64,000 bases of DNA from a virus. Below are positions 1-10,083 of the stretch, piece by piece; within the stretch, counting starts at the first letter, position 1, and the number at the start of each line of letters is the position of its first letter. The notes under the pieces are model-generated. The model was given only the letters and a program-made list of their open reading frames with translations, was not told the origin of the DNA and did no database searches. The translations under genes and the position numbers were made by a program. The stretch covers positions 4,253 to 68,252 of IMG/VR virus record IMGVR_UViG_3300028829_003739; one strand, written 5' to 3'.

Positions 1-55
1 TCTAGTCTTTCTGTTGGTGTCAGTATGTGATTGTACTTATAATCTGAATGCATAT

Positions 56-1153
56 TTATTTAAAATAGTGTGTAATATGAGCAATACGCCCATCATGCTT
101 TGAATGTACAAAACCTTCTACAGCTACTTGTGATTTAAATTGTTTTTCTGCATGCCATAGGTCAGCATTTGACGGAGAACGCAAGTAAGTAACATTTACT
201 CCTACAAAATCCTTACCTGATTTAAACTGATGTTTTATTTGATGATGTAAATGATGCAGATAGGCGTATCTAAATTTAGTATTAGCCCACATACTAGGTT
301 CTTCCTGAGCCATAATTAAAGGTACTGTATCCATTTTACCTTTATCTCCATGTTCAAATTCAAGCATATTATCAAAGTACTGATAATACTTACGATACTT
401 AGGGGATACATCAAACTTAACATTCTTGTTCTTTCTAAACCATGACTGTAATGAATCTGCTAAAAAGCATCCTGACATCAGGTCGTGATTACTAGGACAA
501 TGTATAACATCTACATTTGCATATTGTAAACAGGTTTCTATACACTTTACATAACATCTCCTGGCAATAAGGAATGCTTCCCACCAGTGAACATCTGTGT
601 CTTGAGGAGTACCTGAAGTTGTTGTTTTAAATATAGAATCTGTATTAAGGACATCATTACCTACTATAAATAGAATCTTTTCAATATCAAATCCTTTTAC
701 TTTTTCTAATAAAGCTTCTGTGCCTTTAATAGCACGTTCAACAGCAATCTCACTATTATATTCTGCTCCAGTTAATTTAGCGGAAGCATATTTATTAATA
801 TGTAAGTCTGCAATATCAATAACAAATAAATGACCGTCTGATTTTTTCTTTCTTGTGATTTTTGGATATACCGGAGAGTACTCATCCATTTCAGCTATAA
901 TATCCTTTCTTATATCACTTATAGACTTGTGAGTAGGTATAGCTTCTATAGAGAATTGTTGTGATTTATACCAGTATCTTTTTATTGAATCATATCCAAT
1001 TCCTACTCTATTTATTTCTTCATGTAAAAGGCTTTCATGTTCATCGGAGCCTTCTATATATCCGTTTCTTAAATCTTTTAGGAATTTTTGTTCTTGCTTA
1101 TTAACCCAGATCCTTATGGATCTTTTACGGTACGGTTTCTGATTTTTACTCAT
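56..1153 (-). CDS. Calcineurin-like metallophosphoesterase
   Basis: Motifs DIADLH, VGND, PSNHD, EHGD and HHLHH match the five metal-binding motifs of the family. It is the only long minus-strand ORF. Confidence 0.8.
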   Translation of the reverse strand: MSKNQKPYRKRSIRIWVNKQEQKFLKDLRNGYIEGSDEHESLLHEEINRVGIGYDSIKRYWYKSQQFSIEAIPTHKSISDIRKDIIAEMDEYSPVYPKITRKKKSDGHLFVIDIADLHINKYASAKLTGAEYNSEIAVERAIKGTEALLEKVKGFDIEKILFIVGNDVLNTDSIFKTTTSGTPQDTDVHWWEAFLIARRCYVKCIETCLQYANVDVIHCPSNHDLMSGCFLADSLQSWFRKNKNVKFDVSPKYRKYYQYFDNMLEFEHGDKGKMDTVPLIMAQEEPSMWANTKFRYAYLHHLHHQIKHQFKSGKDFVGVNVTYLRSPSNADLWHAEKQFKSQVAVEGFVHSKHDGRIAHITHYFK

Positions 1154-1164
1154 CTTAGGGTTCT

Positions 1165-1187
1165 TATATAATAATATAGTGAAAATT
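1165..1187 (-). promoter_or_regulatory. Phage promoter motif driving the minus-strand gene
   Basis: Reverse complement reads AATTTTCACTATATTATTATATA, the same motif found upstream of plus-strand operons. Confidence 0.55.
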
Positions 1188-1250
1188 ATTATGTTAAATG
1201 AGCATTTTGTTTTAAAGATATATTATTTATACTTTTTGTATTAGCTTTAT

Positions 1251-1268
1251 TTTTAGTATATTATATTA
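1251..1268 (+). promoter_or_regulatory. Phage promoter motif (TTTTAGTATATTATATTA)
   Basis: Copy of the recurrent WTTWASTATATTA motif, upstream of ORF 1325. Confidence 0.55.
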
Positions 1269-1324
1269 CATAGATAATCTTCAACAGAGGTTCTATAAAA
1301 CGTTTTATATATAAAATTTATGAT

Positions 1325-2638
1325 ATGAGTCTAGGCAATGGAAATCCTAAATATGGAGATAAAGGCAGTAACTTTAGTTACGAATATGCTGTATTAAAAT
1401 TATTAAACGCGATTAAAGATAATAGCGGGGGCGGTGGCGGAGGCGGTGACGCTTCTGCAGCTAATCAGCAAACTCAAATTACTGAAGCACTAGCTGCAAA
1501 TACAGAATTAACAGCTATTAAAACAGCAATTGAAACATTTGACGCACAAAATGGAGCCGATTTAACTAGTTTAATTAGTGCATTTAATACATTTGCTAAT
1601 CAAAATAACATTGATATAGTAGATGTTAAAGCTGCTATTCAAACTTTTGATGCACAGAATGGAACTGATTTAAGTGCTATACTTACAGCATTACAAAACG
1701 GAGATCAATTAGCTAACATAAGATCTAATACTGCAAAAGACGGTTCAGGAACAGCGTTATATCCTTTACTTGATGCAGATGGTCACTTACAAGTAGATGT
1801 ACTCTCAGGAGGAGCAGGAGGAGCTTCTAATGTGATTGATTCTAATAACAGTACTGCAACACCATTAGGTGCTGGAGCAGTCTTTACAGGTACAGGTACT
1901 GATGTATCTGCATATAACTCTGTAACAATACAATTATTTGCTGATCAAGATTCTGCTGCAGACGGTATGTCATTTCAGTTTTCACCAGATAATGTTAACT
2001 GGGATGAACAAAATGATTATAACCTAGAGATTACAGTATCTGAAACAAGAAGATTTCAATTTCCTGTAACAGCTCAGTACTTTAGAGTTGTTTATACAAA
2101 TGGAGGAGTTGCTCAGACAGCATTTAGAGTACAGACAATTCTTCATACATCAGATGTACTTACAAGTATACATAGATTAGATACAGGACTTACTAATGAT
2201 AGATCTGTAACAGTAACTAAATCAGTTATTGCTGGAGAAACATCAGCAGGAGGGGGAGCTTTTGTTAATGTGAAAGTAGCACCTTCTGGGTCATTAGAAA
2301 CAAATGCTAGTCAAGATACACATGATAATCTTAATGCAAATGCTAATATTCAAGTAGGAGATGTTGATGTATCTGGAGCTAATCCAGTTCCTACTACTAT
2401 GGCTAGCACAACAATAACACCTAATTTAGTAAGAGCAACTAGTGCTGGAACAATTGCTGCAGGAGCAAGATCATTTAGTATTGCAAATATAGGAGCAGCG
2501 GATGCTGACATCTTAGGTGGTACTAATAACCTTAAGGTAGGCGAAGTAGTAAACTTTGATGCAGGACTGAACAATACATATGGATCCGTAGCCTATGATG
2601 CTACAGGAACTGAATTATTAATTACATATAATAACTAA
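1325..2638 (+). CDS. Virion fibre/decoration-like structural protein
   Basis: Gly linker, helical internal repeat (AIETFDAQNGADL / AIQTFDAQNGTDL) and beta-rich Thr/Ala/Gly C-terminal domains. Confidence 0.55.
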   Translation: MSLGNGNPKYGDKGSNFSYEYAVLKLLNAIKDNSGGGGGGGDASAANQQTQITEALAANTELTAIKTAIETFDAQNGADLTSLISAFNTFANQNNIDIVDVKAAIQTFDAQNGTDLSAILTALQNGDQLANIRSNTAKDGSGTALYPLLDADGHLQVDVLSGGAGGASNVIDSNNSTATPLGAGAVFTGTGTDVSAYNSVTIQLFADQDSAADGMSFQFSPDNVNWDEQNDYNLEITVSETRRFQFPVTAQYFRVVYTNGGVAQTAFRVQTILHTSDVLTSIHRLDTGLTNDRSVTVTKSVIAGETSAGGGAFVNVKVAPSGSLETNASQDTHDNLNANANIQVGDVDVSGANPVPTTMASTTITPNLVRATSAGTIAAGARSFSIANIGAADADILGGTNNLKVGEVVNFDAGLNNTYGSVAYDATGTELLITYNN

Positions 2639-2640
2639 TC

Positions 2641-3033
2641 ATGAGCACAAGCATAGGAAATATAAACTCAATTGTAAGACTAGAAGAAATTCAATTAGCA
2701 GCATCAGATGAAACAACTGATTTAGTTGTAGGTACAGATGCAGTAACTTTTAGAATGCCTTACGGTATGACATTAGAAGACTTAAGAGCTAGTGTTACAA
2801 CAGCACCAGTAGGAGCAGATATACAAGTAACAGTAAATCAAGGAGGTAGTGCAGTAGCATCAGTTATCATAATTGAAGCAGGAGCAACTACAAGTACTTC
2901 AGCTACAACACAACCTACAATAAGTAATTCTAATTTGATTGATGACGCACAAATAACAGTAGATATATCACAAATAGGAAGTACAACTGCAGGTGCAGGA
3001 CTTAAAGTAACCTTAATAGGAAAAAGAGCATAA
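2641..3033 (+). CDS. Tail fibre-associated beta-rich protein
   Basis: SDETTDL..TFRMPY..ITVDISQIGS..GAGLKVTLIG resembles a recurrent phage fibre domain. It is translationally adjacent to ORF 1325. Confidence 0.5.
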   Translation: MSTSIGNINSIVRLEEIQLAASDETTDLVVGTDAVTFRMPYGMTLEDLRASVTTAPVGADIQVTVNQGGSAVASVIIIEAGATTSTSATTQPTISNSNLIDDAQITVDISQIGSTTAGAGLKVTLIGKRA

Positions 3034-3036
3034 ATT

Positions 3037-3657
3037 ATGGGGTATATTATTAATCCATATATGTTTGGTCCTGTTAGCGGATGTTCCGCAGCACAAGGTC
3101 TTTCAATAGTACCTGTTTCAGGATCTACTGCAGTAGACGATATTCCTATGGATACTTGGTATAATTATAATTTTTATGCAGGTATGATTTTACAAAGTGA
3201 AATTGGTTCTGGCGAAAAATTAATAACTGGTATGCAATTTGAATTAGGAACTACTATTTCTAGTTTAGTAACAAGAAGCAATGTTACTGTAAAGTTATAT
3301 CATACTACAGGAACAGATTTAGATAATAGTTATACAAAAGATGTAGAAAATGAATTACCAAATGTTACAGGGTTAGTTAAAGTGCTTGATGCAGGTAATT
3401 TTACAGTACAAGGTTCAAGTAATACTTACATAACATGTTTTACGTTTGAACAAAACTTTTGCTATTACGGAGTAAACAACTTAGTTATTCAGATAGAAGA
3501 TCAAACAGGAAGTGCAGGAACTAATTATAGTGGTATGTGGGAATGTAGTAGCCCTAGTGGTACTAGATATACTTTAGCTGCTAGAGAAGATGGTTCATGG
3601 GCCGATACTGATCCTTTCGCGCAACTTCAAAGACCTAATATAAAATTACTTTACTAA
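3037..3657 (+). CDS. Putative receptor-binding/adhesin-like protein
   Basis: N-terminal IINPY motif typical of phage fibre-tip proteins, then a beta-sandwich-like domain (P..TWYNY..Y..SEIG..ITG...RPNIKL). Confidence 0.45.
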   Translation: MGYIINPYMFGPVSGCSAAQGLSIVPVSGSTAVDDIPMDTWYNYNFYAGMILQSEIGSGEKLITGMQFELGTTISSLVTRSNVTVKLYHTTGTDLDNSYTKDVENELPNVTGLVKVLDAGNFTVQGSSNTYITCFTFEQNFCYYGVNNLVIQIEDQTGSAGTNYSGMWECSSPSGTRYTLAAREDGSWADTDPFAQLQRPNIKLLY

Positions 3658-3896
3658 TGGACATTGAAAAATTAAAAGAAGATTTAGATCAAATAGGTGA
3701 GCTTTATGAATTAGATTTAAAATCTAATTATATTAGTATTTGGTATAATAGTGTAACCGAAGAAATAAAAGATAATATAGATACTATAGTATTAGTAAAC
3801 ACAAGCCCTGAGTTTACTAATATTGATTCAACATTACAATATATAGATCCAGGAACAAAAAGTCTAGGTTTTAGATATAAAGCAAGAGTCAAATAA
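3657..3896 (+). CDS. Hypothetical protein
   Basis: 79-aa ORF with a TAATG overlap with the preceding gene. Confidence 0.6.
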   Translation: MDIEKLKEDLDQIGELYELDLKSNYISIWYNSVTEEIKDNIDTIVLVNTSPEFTNIDSTLQYIDPGTKSLGFRYKARVK

Positions 3897-3921
3897 TGCA
3901 CCCATATAACAAAATAAGGTC

Positions 3922-4245
3922 ATGGAAATAAATACAATTACAATAGGAATAGGGGCATTGATCTCTTTAGTAACAGGTTTAATAGGAGCTGCAGGATTTT
4001 GGTTTAAAATTAAAAATCATGTTGAAATTATAGAAGTAAAGCTAGCTTCAATTGAAAAAGATAGTTGTGATCTTAAAAAAGATACTGAAAAAGATCAAGA
4101 CATAATTCATAAAAGAATTGCAAATCTTAAAAAAGAAGTAGAAAAGAATCGTGAGAAGAATGATGAAGCATTATCAGACTTAACACAGAAAATGGCAGAT
4201 ATGGAGTTACGTATTATTAAAGCCATTAATGATATCAAAAAATAA
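3922..4245 (+). CDS. Membrane-anchored coiled-coil protein (holin/spanin-like candidate)
   Basis: N-terminal TM helix (ITIGIGALISLVTGLIGAAGFWF) followed by a coiled coil. It lies two genes upstream of the endolysin. Confidence 0.5.
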   Translation: MEINTITIGIGALISLVTGLIGAAGFWFKIKNHVEIIEVKLASIEKDSCDLKKDTEKDQDIIHKRIANLKKEVEKNREKNDEALSDLTQKMADMELRIIKAINDIKK

Positions 4246-4317
4246 TCATTTAGTTTAAACTTTGCATATTTAAACTTATTTAGTTACATTTATCATGATA
4301 ACTAAAATAAGTTTATT

Positions 4318-4572
4318 ATGTCAAAGAAAACCAACACTCAAGAAGAATTTACTGAAGAGCAACTAGCAGAAATGCGAAAAAATGCTCTTGAAAACATGGC
4401 TCATGAAATAGAGTATCTTGAAGTAGAATCTAAGTATTACAATTTATTAGCAGAAGTTGAAGAAGCAAAGTTAAGACAGTTTCACGCAATGGTGAAGCAT
4501 AGTCAACTATATGCAAGTACTCAACCTAATGAAGAACCGGCTGCTAAAGAAAAAGAATTACATACTACTTAA
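4318..4572 (+). CDS. Hypothetical helical protein
   Basis: 84-aa acidic helical ORF with an A-rich leader. Confidence 0.65.
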   Translation: MSKKTNTQEEFTEEQLAEMRKNALENMAHEIEYLEVESKYYNLLAEVEEAKLRQFHAMVKHSQLYASTQPNEEPAAKEKELHTT

Positions 4573-5475
4573 ATGAGCACGTATATTAGAAAAGGCTCTC
4601 AAGATAGAGCTATGGTTAAAGAGTTACAAAGAGCATTAGGATTAATTGTAGATGGTGTTTTCGGTTCTAAAACACAAGCTGCACTTATGAACTTTCAGAG
4701 TCAGGCTAATTTAGTAGCTGACGGTATTGCGGGTCCTAAAACATTCCAAGCATTAGGATTATTAGATACAGATCTAAAAAGTAATATTATAAGAACTGAA
4801 AACGGTTTAATTATTCAAAAACATCATTTAGATAGTGATGAGTATATATGGGATAAAGAATATCCCATATTAAATGATTATCTAATGCTTCATCATACTG
4901 CAGGTCATGCTAATCCTTTTAGGTGTATTGATCACTGGAATAGAGATAAAAGAGGTAGAATAGCTACTGAATTTGTATTAGGTGGTCAAGATCTTAGAAA
5001 TACAAACTCTGATCATGACGGTGTAGTAGTACAAGCATTTCCTGAAGGATGCCAAGGGTGGCATATAGGAAGCTCAGGATCTTATTACATGAATAGACAT
5101 ACCGTAGGTATAGAGATATGCGGATTTGGGTATCTTAACAAAGAAATGAAAAATTATGTAGGTGTAAAAGCTCATGAAGATCAAATAGCTGTACTAGAAG
5201 AATCTTTTAGAGGATATACTCACTGGCATAAGTATTCAGATGAGCAGTTAAAATCCCTTAAAAAATTAATATTATACATCGCAAGAAGAGATGATATTGA
5301 TTTAGAAGTAGGCTTAATACCATGGGTAAGAGAAGAAGGAGCTAAAGCTTTTGGATTTAAACAAAAAGCTTATGATGGTAAAGTAAAAGGTTTACTAACT
5401 CATACTAATGTAAGGAAAGATAAATTTGATTGCTTTCCACAAGAAGAGTTATTAGACATGCTATTAAGTATTTAA
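4573..5475 (+). CDS. Endolysin: peptidoglycan-binding domain + N-acetylmuramoyl-L-alanine amidase (Amidase_2-like)
   Basis: N-terminal LQRALG..DGVFG.KT..FQ..L.ADGIAGPKT PG-binding repeat. Catalytic HHTAG, WHIG, VGIEI and HTNVRKDKFD motifs. Confidence 0.85.
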   Translation: MSTYIRKGSQDRAMVKELQRALGLIVDGVFGSKTQAALMNFQSQANLVADGIAGPKTFQALGLLDTDLKSNIIRTENGLIIQKHHLDSDEYIWDKEYPILNDYLMLHHTAGHANPFRCIDHWNRDKRGRIATEFVLGGQDLRNTNSDHDGVVVQAFPEGCQGWHIGSSGSYYMNRHTVGIEICGFGYLNKEMKNYVGVKAHEDQIAVLEESFRGYTHWHKYSDEQLKSLKKLILYIARRDDIDLEVGLIPWVREEGAKAFGFKQKAYDGKVKGLLTHTNVRKDKFDCFPQEELLDMLLSI

Positions 5476-5498
5476 TTAATAAATGTAAAACCAACATT

Positions 5499-5867
5499 AT
5501 GGCACAAGCAAATTTAGTACAGAAAAAAGTACGTATGGGTCATAGAGATATTATAAAGTATCAACTTGTCACACATTGTTTTATAAATAACATCCAGCTC
5601 AGTAACAATGAGCTGGATTGTTTAACTCTATTAGGAGTAAGTGGTGAAAATGAATTATCAGCATTTTGTAATTTATCAGTAGACGAAAAGATATTTAAAA
5701 CATCTCAGACAGTACGTAATTTTTTAGGTAAAGCTGTTAAAAATAAATTAGTATATAAAACGGGAACTGCAAAAAAACGTATAGGACTAGGTAAATCTTT
5801 AAGTATTCAAACAGATGGTAACATTGTTTTAGATTTTAAGTTAGTATATGCTACCAAAGAGCAGTAA
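5499..5867 (+). CDS. Putative winged-helix DNA-binding protein
   Basis: Likely start is ATG 5499 (MAQANLV), after the AAAACCAACA leader. LSNNELDCLTLL..SQTVRNFL.K..K.KLV is HTH-like. Confidence 0.5.
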   Translation: MAQANLVQKKVRMGHRDIIKYQLVTHCFINNIQLSNNELDCLTLLGVSGENELSAFCNLSVDEKIFKTSQTVRNFLGKAVKNKLVYKTGTAKKRIGLGKSLSIQTDGNIVLDFKLVYATKEQ

Positions 5868-6231
5868 ACATTATATACAACCGACAGCTGATCTATTAAA
5901 TATAGATCAACAACTAGTAGAAGACTTAGTAAGTTTTTACTATAGTCGTTTAAGAAAAGCATTATCTGAGTTAGAAGCTCCTCAAATTAGAGTAGAAAAC
6001 ATGGGTACTTTTAAAGCAAAAAATAAAAAGCTAAAAGAGTTATATGTTAGATATTCAAAGCATTTAGAAGTTACAAGTTCAGATACTATAAAGCAAATGC
6101 GGGTTAAAAAAAGAACTGAGCAAAAACTTGAAAGAGTAATGCATATACAGAACTTGATTAATGAAGAAAGAAAAAGAAGAAATAAATTTTTAAAAGAAAA
6201 GCATGAGTCGTCTACAAAAACTAAAAGCTAA
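5848..6231 (+). CDS. HU/IHF-like DNA-binding protein
   Basis: A..LNID..LVEDLV..Y...L......IRVENMGTFK matches the HU/IHF fold pattern. Confidence 0.55.
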   Translation: MLPKSSKHYIQPTADLLNIDQQLVEDLVSFYYSRLRKALSELEAPQIRVENMGTFKAKNKKLKELYVRYSKHLEVTSSDTIKQMRVKKRTEQKLERVMHIQNLINEERKRRNKFLKEKHESSTKTKS

Positions 6232-6544
6232 ATTACAAGTACTTTATGATAATAAAGGTAAAATCTTTGAAGGATTAAAAAACTCTGTTGTTAAAAATGA
6301 ATTCGTAGAAAATGTAGCTAGGGCTAGATGGGAAATATGTATGAACTGTGAGCAGTTAGACAGTGAAGGAAGTAAGTGTTTAGTAAAAGGAACACAACCT
6401 TGCTGTGGAGCATGCGGATGTAAATTACATTTTAAAGTAAGATCTCTCTCATCAGATTGTGGTGATACAAAAAATCCTAAATGGTTTGCTGTACTAACTC
6501 AAGAAGAAGAAGATGATTTAGAACTAGATGAACCTGAAAACTAA
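6203..6544 (+). CDS. Cys-rich zinc-binding protein
   Basis: R.EICMNC...C....PCCGACGC.L..K.R.LSSDC....KW motif. Confidence 0.6.
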   Translation: MSRLQKLKAKLQVLYDNKGKIFEGLKNSVVKNEFVENVARARWEICMNCEQLDSEGSKCLVKGTQPCCGACGCKLHFKVRSLSSDCGDTKNPKWFAVLTQEEEDDLELDEPEN

Positions 6545-6549
6545 TTATT

Positions 6550-7368
6550 ATGAAACTAAAATTTAGTGCAGACACACATACTTATGAAAGTATTGAAGAA
6601 CCTGATAAGAAATGGACTAGTGTAACAAGTATTATTAAGTTGTTTAAAGAACCTTTTGATCAAGAAAAAATTGCTAAAAAGTCTTCTAAAAATAAAAGAT
6701 CTAAATGGTACGGTAAAACACCAGAAGAAATAATTGAAATATGGGAATCTGAAACTAATAGAGCACTTACATTAGGGTCTTGGTATCATGATCAAAGAGA
6801 AGCTGAATTAATAGCCTGTGATACAATTAGAAGAAATGGTATTGACTTACCTATTTTTAGACCTTTGGTTGACGGTTCAATTAAGTTATCTCCAGATCAA
6901 AAATTAGTTCCGGGTATATATCCAGAGCATCTTGCTTATTTAAACTCTGCAAAAATATGCGGTCAAGCAGATAGAGTAGAAGTTGTAGGTGATGTAGTTA
7001 ATATATATGATTATAAAACTAATAAAGAAATTAAAAGTGAGTCATATAAAAACTGGGAAGGTCAGCATAAGATGATGTTAGCTCCTCTAAATAATATTCA
7101 AGATTGCAATTTAATGCATTACGCTTTACAACTGAGTATTTACATGTATATGATTTTAAAACATAATCATAACTTAAAACCTGGTAAACTTCAAATACAC
7201 CATATCATATTTGAGAAAGATGGTGAAGATGAAAATGGTTATCCAATTGTATCTATTGATGCACAAGGAGATCCTTTAGTAAAAGAAGTTGTGCCTTATG
7301 ACTTACCATATATGAAAAAAGAAATTAATCAGATAATTAAATATTTAAAGACGCATAAAAATGATTAG
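6550..7368 (+). CDS. PD-(D/E)xK (RecB/Cas4-like) nuclease
   Basis: SVT..I, G.WYH, E, GQAD, DYKT and Y.LQLSIY motifs. Confidence 0.8.
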   Translation: MKLKFSADTHTYESIEEPDKKWTSVTSIIKLFKEPFDQEKIAKKSSKNKRSKWYGKTPEEIIEIWESETNRALTLGSWYHDQREAELIACDTIRRNGIDLPIFRPLVDGSIKLSPDQKLVPGIYPEHLAYLNSAKICGQADRVEVVGDVVNIYDYKTNKEIKSESYKNWEGQHKMMLAPLNNIQDCNLMHYALQLSIYMYMILKHNHNLKPGKLQIHHIIFEKDGEDENGYPIVSIDAQGDPLVKEVVPYDLPYMKKEINQIIKYLKTHKND

Positions 7369-7873
7369 ACTTTTTGAAATAGAAAATAGAACAGTAAAAC
7401 CTACTGTACACTGTCATCAAATCATGTGGTTAAAAGCTATTATGGATAATTTTCCAGATAACTATTTACAAGTATATGCTTATGTGTTTTATATGGCTTG
7501 TCCTTCAGAAGAAAACCCATACTTTAATGTAAAGCATGATTTAAGAGAAGAAGTTATATTACTTGATATTGATGGGGAAATAGATACAGAACATGATTTA
7601 ATTATAGAAGCGGTAGATAAAGCTATTATTTTATATGAAACTCCAACTGTTAGAGCTTATAAAGGTATTACGACAATGCTTGATAATTTAACAGAGTATA
7701 TGGAAACTACTCAAGTTACTGCAGGTAGAGATGGTAACATAAATTCTTTACTTAGAATAGCAAAAGAATTTGATGCAATAAGACAATCATATAAAGGCGT
7801 AGCAAAAGATTTAGAAGCTGAACAAGAAACACATGTTAGAGGAAGTCAGCAATTAGGTTATGATCAAATGTAA
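7361..7873 (+). CDS. Conserved protein upstream of terminase (possible small terminase subunit)
   Basis: Lies directly before TerL and has a helical C-terminus. Function inferred from position only. Confidence 0.45.
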   Translation: MIRLFEIENRTVKPTVHCHQIMWLKAIMDNFPDNYLQVYAYVFYMACPSEENPYFNVKHDLREEVILLDIDGEIDTEHDLIIEAVDKAIILYETPTVRAYKGITTMLDNLTEYMETTQVTAGRDGNINSLLRIAKEFDAIRQSYKGVAKDLEAEQETHVRGSQQLGYDQM

Positions 7874-7875
7874 AT

Positions 7876-10083
7876 ATGGAGTTATTAGATTTTCATAAAA
7901 TAATTCCTACATGGGATAACGGAACATGGGGGGAAACAGAGTTTACTGATATGCAAGAATATCGGGACTTTGTTAAATCAACTTTTAAGGAACCTGGAAA
8001 ATATAATTTAGATGATACAAGTAGAATATTTAATGAACAAGCAAGATTCTTCAGAGAACAAGGTGACGTATACTGTATGGATGCCTTCAGATCTAAAGAT
8101 TTTATTAAGTACTGGGACGCTGAAAAAAGAAAATCTACCAATGGAGCTATATTCCACAGTAACGGAAAAACCTGGTTTTTGCCAAGGGATTACTACTTTT
8201 GGATTAATTTCTTACCAATATATGATAAGATAAAAAAGAAATTTGATTTTGCTCAAGTATGGGATGTTCAATTACATATGGCCTTATATGAAGAGTTAGC
8301 AGAAATACATTATAAACATGCTAGCATTACAAAGAAAAGGCAGATTGCTTCTTCATATTTTCATATGGCGAAACTAATTAACCGTATGTGGTTTGATGAA
8401 GGTTGTGTACTTAAAATAGGAGCTTCATTAAAAGATTACATAAACGGTAACGGATCCTGGAAATTCTTAGATGAATATAAAACTTTTCTTAATTCTAGTA
8501 CAGCATGGTACCGTCCTATGAATCCTAGCAAGACTTTATTGTGGCAACAAAAAATTGAAGTAACAAAAAGTGGTAGAAAAAAAGAAGTGGGGTTAAAAGG
8601 AACAATGTCAGGTATGTCATTTGAACAATCTCCTACAAAAGGTGTAGGTGGACCTTGTTCTATATTCTTTTATGAAGAAGCAGGTATTGCACCTACTATG
8701 GATCAAACAGCAGAATACTTATTTCCAGCAATGCAAGCAGGTGATATAACAACTGGTTTATTTATAGGTGCGGGATCAGTAGGTAAACTTAAAGATTGCG
8801 AACCGTTAAAAGCAATGACTTTATATCCTGATGATAATTCTATATATGCAGTTGACACAGATTTAATAGATGATAAAGGTACTGTAGGTAAATCAGGTTT
8901 ATTTATTCCTGAACAATGGGGAATGCCACCTCATATAGATAATTTTGGTAACTCTTTAGTCAAAGAAGCATTAGAATCTTTAGAAATAAAGTTTGCTGAA
9001 TGGAAGAAGCAACTGCGTCCTGAGCTTTATCAATTAAGAATATCTCAGCATCCAAGAAATATCAAAGAAGCTTTTGACTATAGAGAAGAATCTAAATTCC
9101 CTCTTACTCTTATAGGTGATCAAAAGAAAAAAATAGAAGACAAGGAATATCCTTATGAGCTTATAGATTTATCAGAAAATCACAAAGGTGAGCTTATAGT
9201 AAAGAAAACAACTAAGGCACCTATTACAAAATTTCCTATAAAACTAAATGAAGAAGATAAAACAGGAAGTATTGTAGTATGGGAAAGACCTGAAGAAAAG
9301 CCTCCATTTGGAATGTACCTTGCATCAATTGACCCTGTATCAGAAGGTAAAACAACAACCTCTGAATCATTGTGTTCTATATATGTTTATAAAACAGGAA
9401 CAGAAGTCAAACGTTACACAGAAGATAAAGTAGAAAACTTTATTGAAGGAGATAAAATTGTAGCTGCCTGGTGCGGAAGATTTGATGATCTTAATAAAAC
9501 TCATAACAGATTAAGAATGCTGATTGAGTGGTATAATGCATGGACATTAGTTGAGAATAACATTTCTTTGTTTATTCAATATATGATTAAAGAACGTAAA
9601 CAAAAGTATTTAGTACCTAAAAATCAAATGTTATTCTTAAAAGAAGCACAATCTAATAAATCTGTTTATCAGGAATACGGTTGGAAGAATACAGGTACTA
9701 TATTTAAAAATCATTTACTTAACTATCTTATAGAGTATTTAAAAGAAGTTGTAGAAGAAGATATTAATGATGATGGTGAAATTTTAAAAAAGCATTTTGG
9801 TATAAGAAGAATACCTGATAGAATGGCTTTAATAGAAATGGAAGCATACCGTGACGGTGTTAACGTTGATAGACTTATATCATTAGCGGCTTTAATAGCA
9901 TTTGCAAAAATAAGAGAATCAAATACAGCAAGGCCCGTCAGGATTGAGAATGAATTAGATAATACCTTGCAAAATTCAGGAAATTTATATAAATTAAATA
10001 GTAGTGCCTTTCGTAATATTTCTAAGAATAAAGGTTACACTAAAGGAAATAATAAAAGGTCACCATTTAAACGTATACGCTAG
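7876..10083 (+). CDS. terL: Terminase large subunit
   Basis: Walker A-like KKRQIASS, Walker B FFYEEAG, nuclease IDP and ENN, and C-terminal NVDR. It precedes the portal gene. Confidence 0.9.
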   Translation: MELLDFHKIIPTWDNGTWGETEFTDMQEYRDFVKSTFKEPGKYNLDDTSRIFNEQARFFREQGDVYCMDAFRSKDFIKYWDAEKRKSTNGAIFHSNGKTWFLPRDYYFWINFLPIYDKIKKKFDFAQVWDVQLHMALYEELAEIHYKHASITKKRQIASSYFHMAKLINRMWFDEGCVLKIGASLKDYINGNGSWKFLDEYKTFLNSSTAWYRPMNPSKTLLWQQKIEVTKSGRKKEVGLKGTMSGMSFEQSPTKGVGGPCSIFFYEEAGIAPTMDQTAEYLFPAMQAGDITTGLFIGAGSVGKLKDCEPLKAMTLYPDDNSIYAVDTDLIDDKGTVGKSGLFIPEQWGMPPHIDNFGNSLVKEALESLEIKFAEWKKQLRPELYQLRISQHPRNIKEAFDYREESKFPLTLIGDQKKKIEDKEYPYELIDLSENHKGELIVKKTTKAPITKFPIKLNEEDKTGSIVVWERPEEKPPFGMYLASIDPVSEGKTTTSESLCSIYVYKTGTEVKRYTEDKVENFIEGDKIVAAWCGRFDDLNKTHNRLRMLIEWYNAWTLVENNISLFIQYMIKERKQKYLVPKNQMLFLKEAQSNKSVYQEYGWKNTGTIFKNHLLNYLIEYLKEVVEEDINDDGEILKKHFGIRRIPDRMALIEMEAYRDGVNVDRLISLAALIAFAKIRESNTARPVRIENELDNTLQNSGNLYKLNSSAFRNISKNKGYTKGNNKRSPFKRIR

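Noticed and set aside
6550-7368. Cas4-like nuclease as a sign of a CRISPR system
   Set aside because: No repeat-spacer array or other cas genes are visible, and the Fe-S cysteine set is not evident. This is an ordinary phage PD-(D/E)xK nuclease.
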